This document shows positions 10,429 to 11,654 of a DNA stretch of 11,654 nt, in pieces. A model generated the notes under the pieces. The model worked only from the letters and a program-made list of their open reading frames with translations, ran no database searches and had not been told where the DNA came from. The position numbers and the translations under genes were made by a program. The stretch covers positions 1 through 11,654 of the IMG/VR virus record IMGVR_UViG_3300031965_000543, one strand, 5' to 3'. Within the stretch, counting starts at the first letter, position 1. Each line of letters opens with the position of its first letter. The DNA is from a virus.

Positions 10429-11650
10429 TAAATGGCAAGAAGAAGTACTAGCTACAAAGGGCAACATTTGCCTACGATCTGGTAGACAAGTAGGAAAATC
10501 TACTATTATAGGTTTGAAAGCAGCTCAATATGCTTTAGAAACTCCTGATAAACTTATTATGGTTATATCTAAGACAGAAAGACAAGCAGGACTACTATTT
10601 GCTAAAATTCTTAGAAATATTAATAATATTGATAGAAAACAAATAGAAAAGGGAAAATTAAGACCTACAAAACATCTTATTAACTTAAAGAACAAATCTC
10701 AAATACATTGCCTTCCAGCGGGTGATACGGGCTATGGGATTATGGGATTTACAATTGATCTACTAATTGCTGATGAAGCAGCATTCATCCCTGAAGAAGT
10801 TTGGAATAGTGTAATACCAGCTTTAGCAGTTACAGGGGGAGATATTTGGCTATTATCAACACCATTTGTTAAAAAAGGATATTATTATAATTGTTTTTCA
10901 GATCCTACCTTTACTTCATTCCATACAAGCAGCGAAGATTGTCCTAGAATATCAAAAGAATTCTTAGAACACAAAAGAAATACAATTACTAAAGCCCAAT
11001 ATGCACAGATGTATTTAGGTAAGTTTGTAGATGAAGTAAGACAATTCTTTTCTGATGAACTAATAAGAAGAACTTGTACCCTAAAAAGAAGAACTAAAAT
11101 TGGAGTAGGAGATTATGGCCTAGGTTGTGATGTAGCTAGAATGGATAGAGATGAATTTACTTATGAAATTATAGAAAGAATAAGATCAGATTATTTAGAA
11201 CAAGTAGAAAATATAATAACTAAAGACATTCCCCTACCAGAAAGTACCAGAAGAATTTTACACCTAAACCAGATATATGATTTTAAGAAAATATACATAG
11301 ATTCCGGAGGGATGGGGATTGCAGTTTGTGATATGTTAAAAGAGATCCCAGATATGAAATATAAAGTAGTTGAAATAAATAATGCACAGAGAATTTATGA
11401 TAAAGAAGAAAGAAAGAAGAAACTCATAAAGGAAGATCTTTACAATCATTTAAAGTCATTAATGGAAAATAGAAAAATAAAATTGTTAGATGATGATGAA
11501 GTAAAAGCTTCTCTTAAAGGTATACAAGCAGAGCACCACCCAGAGACAGGAAGACTAAAGATATATGGTAATGATAGTCATGTAGCCGAAGGACTAATAA
11601 GAGCCGCACAAATAAGTAAAGAAAAAAGCTTAAATATGTGGATACGCTAA
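10418..11650 (+). CDS. terL: Terminase large subunit
   Basis: 410 aa. Walker A-like RSGRQVGKST, Walker B LLIADEAAF, coupling motif LLSTP. RNase-H-like nuclease half with GCDVARMDRDEF, IYIDSGGMGIAV and GNDSHVAEGLIRA. Confidence 0.9.
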   Translation: MNLDKWQEEVLATKGNICLRSGRQVGKSTIIGLKAAQYALETPDKLIMVISKTERQAGLLFAKILRNINNIDRKQIEKGKLRPTKHLINLKNKSQIHCLPAGDTGYGIMGFTIDLLIADEAAFIPEEVWNSVIPALAVTGGDIWLLSTPFVKKGYYYNCFSDPTFTSFHTSSEDCPRISKEFLEHKRNTITKAQYAQMYLGKFVDEVRQFFSDELIRRTCTLKRRTKIGVGDYGLGCDVARMDRDEFTYEIIERIRSDYLEQVENIITKDIPLPESTRRILHLNQIYDFKKIYIDSGGMGIAVCDMLKEIPDMKYKVVEINNAQRIYDKEERKKKLIKEDLYNHLKSLMENRKIKLLDDDEVKASLKGIQAEHHPETGRLKIYGNDSHVAEGLIRAAQISKEKSLNMWIR

Positions 11651-11654
11651 GATA
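11530..11654. repeat. Terminal direct repeat, copy 2 (exact duplicate of 1-125)
   Basis: Same comparison as copy 1. The repeat lies inside the TerL coding sequence plus 4 nt past its stop codon. Confidence 0.95.

Overview
The window is one complete, circularly closing replicon of about 11,529 bp. Bases 1-125 repeat exactly at 11530-11654, and the repeat lies inside the terminase large-subunit gene. So this is one genome unit plus an assembly or terminal overlap.

The genome is AT-rich: I count 17/60 G+C in a typical coding line, 601-660. Every credible gene is on the + strand. Gene junctions are tight or overlapping (ATGA type), and several genes have GGAGG-type ribosome-binding sites.

The recognisable genes form a tailed-virus (HK97-type) packaging and head module:
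- RHH-like protein and zinc-ribbon protein, then TerL (10418-11650, wrapping to 1-121)
- head-tail connector-like protein
- staphylococcal-nuclease-like nuclease
- portal
- a small membrane protein and a 468-aa low-complexity/coiled-coil protein
- two coiled-coil scaffold candidates
- DUF2190-like decoration protein and major capsid protein
- probable tail or receptor-binding proteins (6694-8113)

By eye I recognise no polymerase, Rep, primase, integrase, lysin, rRNA, tRNA or CRISPR.

The unusual part is 8114-10009. It holds two small unknown genes followed by a 771-bp ORF-free region, and contains:
- a 7-copy family of 21-bp palindromes (GAAGCTTTT-AGG-AAAAGCTTC and variants with compensatory changes)
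- GC-rich islands (43/60 G+C at 9541-9600) forming four consecutive perfect hairpins
- a (CCCA)n/(GGGT)n tract with very strong G-quadruplex potential
- 10-bp phased GGGGTTTTA repeats
- 37-bp-period direct repeats with ATAGG enrichment
- a (TAG)7 microsatellite flanked by perfect palindromes just upstream of the packaging operon

All functional calls come from reading the translated ORFs and the DNA by eye. No searches were run.
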